Below, piece by piece: positions 49,791 to 64,000 of a DNA stretch of 64,000 nucleotides. The notes under the pieces were generated by a model. That model did no database searches and was not told the origin of the DNA. It saw only the letters and a list, made by a program, of their open reading frames with translations. This DNA comes from Vicugna vicugna (Eukaryota): positions 396,741 to 460,740 of the forward strand of contig MU058226.1 in the NCBI GenBank assembly GCA_013265495.1, read 5' to 3'. Positions within the stretch are counted from its first letter, which is position 1, and every line of letters starts with the position of its first letter. The position numbers and the translations under genes were made by a program.

Positions 49791-50058
49791 GAAACCACTC
49801 TACGGATCACCAGGCATCAAACTATATGACAAGAGATTGCAAACAGCCAACCCATCCCCAAAATCATTTTGGAAATACTTTTTTTAATCCTTTTATTCCT
49901 CTTTTTTAACAAACGGCCCCAGGGATAGGGGACCAGGGGAGGGGGAAGGAGGGGAAGCAAGGCCCCAGCCCTACAACCCTTCCCCACCCACCCCTTTTCC
50001 CGCTTATATATTTATATTCTATATACAAGCCCCGGGGATGGGGGCAAGGGGAGATCCC

Positions 50059-62818
<12,760 letters not shown>

Positions 62819-64000
62819 TCATTGAGTACGTTGGGTCCTGCAGGCACCTCCCCCAAAACGTGCCGGAGCCTGTGGGCCAGACACCAAGTGTTTCAGTCTC
62901 TGCTTCATTTACAGATTCCAACAGAAAAGCCTAGATGCTCCTTTCCATTCTCAATAGGGGCCCAGATATGTGGCTCTCTCATGTCTTTTCCTCCCATCTA
63001 ATCAAACACCCCAGTCTCTTTAAGCAATCATTATCTACTTAACTCCCAACAGAGCCCAAATGCCATGTTCCCTCTTTTCCCCAGACATCTCTTGCCATGA
63101 AAATGCAAATAAAAATTCAGTATCTTCTCGTGTAAACACCCTCCCCTTTGTGCCAGTCTATAAAGGGCAGCAGCCTCTTCACTAACTCCACAAGTAATAA
63201 CCTCTTCTCCCTCCACCAAAATCATTTCAGAGACCTACAATAAAAAAAAGAGCAAGTCTAAGCCCCAGAGAAAACCAGAAAGAGGAATACAGCTCTATCA
63301 TGTAAGGTACAAATATCTAGATCCCCTACTAATTAGACACTAGCTTCCTAACTGTGCCCCAGGTTCTATTCCCAGCAGCCTCACTCCCATCTGGGAAGAT
63401 TTGCAGGAAGGTATGCCAGGAGTTTAAGGATTTTATGAGCCTGCTCGGCCAGACTTGGGGCTGGTGCCAGAGAATTCCTCATAGAAAAACTGGGGCTCTA
63501 CATACTCCCAAGTTATAGAACCAAGTATTTGGGATAACCTATCTTTTCCTACACTTGCCCCTACCCTGTCTCCTGGAAAAATTTTTTTTCATTATATGAA
63601 ACACTGGCAGGCTCTGGTTTACCTTCTGGAGATGTGAGCGAAACAAAAAACATGGACACCCTGCAAACTTGGGGCCAAGGCCAGAACCAATTTCATTTTC
63701 CTTCCCAGTAAAAAGGCCTATCAGCAGTCATTTCTTTCCCTAATGCCCCTTGCTCCTTGAGCAGGCCAAATGCTCCATCCTCAGTTCCTGAGCGACCAGG
63801 CATTCATTTATAGAAAATAATGTAAAGGAAAAAGATGGAAGTTGGTGGGATATCCAGACAGGACCAGGATGAAAGCTGAAATCAAGAACTTTAAGACAGG
63901 TTAGATGAGGCGATGGGGGTCTCTTTGCAGGTATTTAAGGTCAGCCTCTGAAGGAAAAGGAGACAGAAGAATTGTGGAGTGAACAGACTAAGACTAATAA

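Overview
Mammalian genomic DNA from the gene-dense MHC class III region. It is most likely a camelid, inferred from three tRNA-Ala-derived SINEs resembling the camelid Vic-1 family. Gene order: ABHD16A (3' part, +), LY6G5C (+), LY6G5B (-), CSNK2B (-), GPANK1 (+), C6orf47 (+), APOM (-), BAG6 (+), PRRC2A (-, all coding exons, hosting SNORA38). I rebuilt the exons by hand from splice signals, and every CDS joins in frame. Gene identities come from recognising the translated protein from memory, not from a database search. Most other ORF-track entries are GC-rich noise. The features least explained by known genes are: (1) a chain of small minus-strand exon-like segments at about 9966-11700, downstream of an orphan CpG-rich promoter with twin RFX X-boxes between ABHD16A and LY6G5C; (2) a template-switch-like inverted/direct-repeat insertion in the LY6G5C signal-peptide exon; (3) an out-of-frame overlapping uORF across the PRRC2A start codon.
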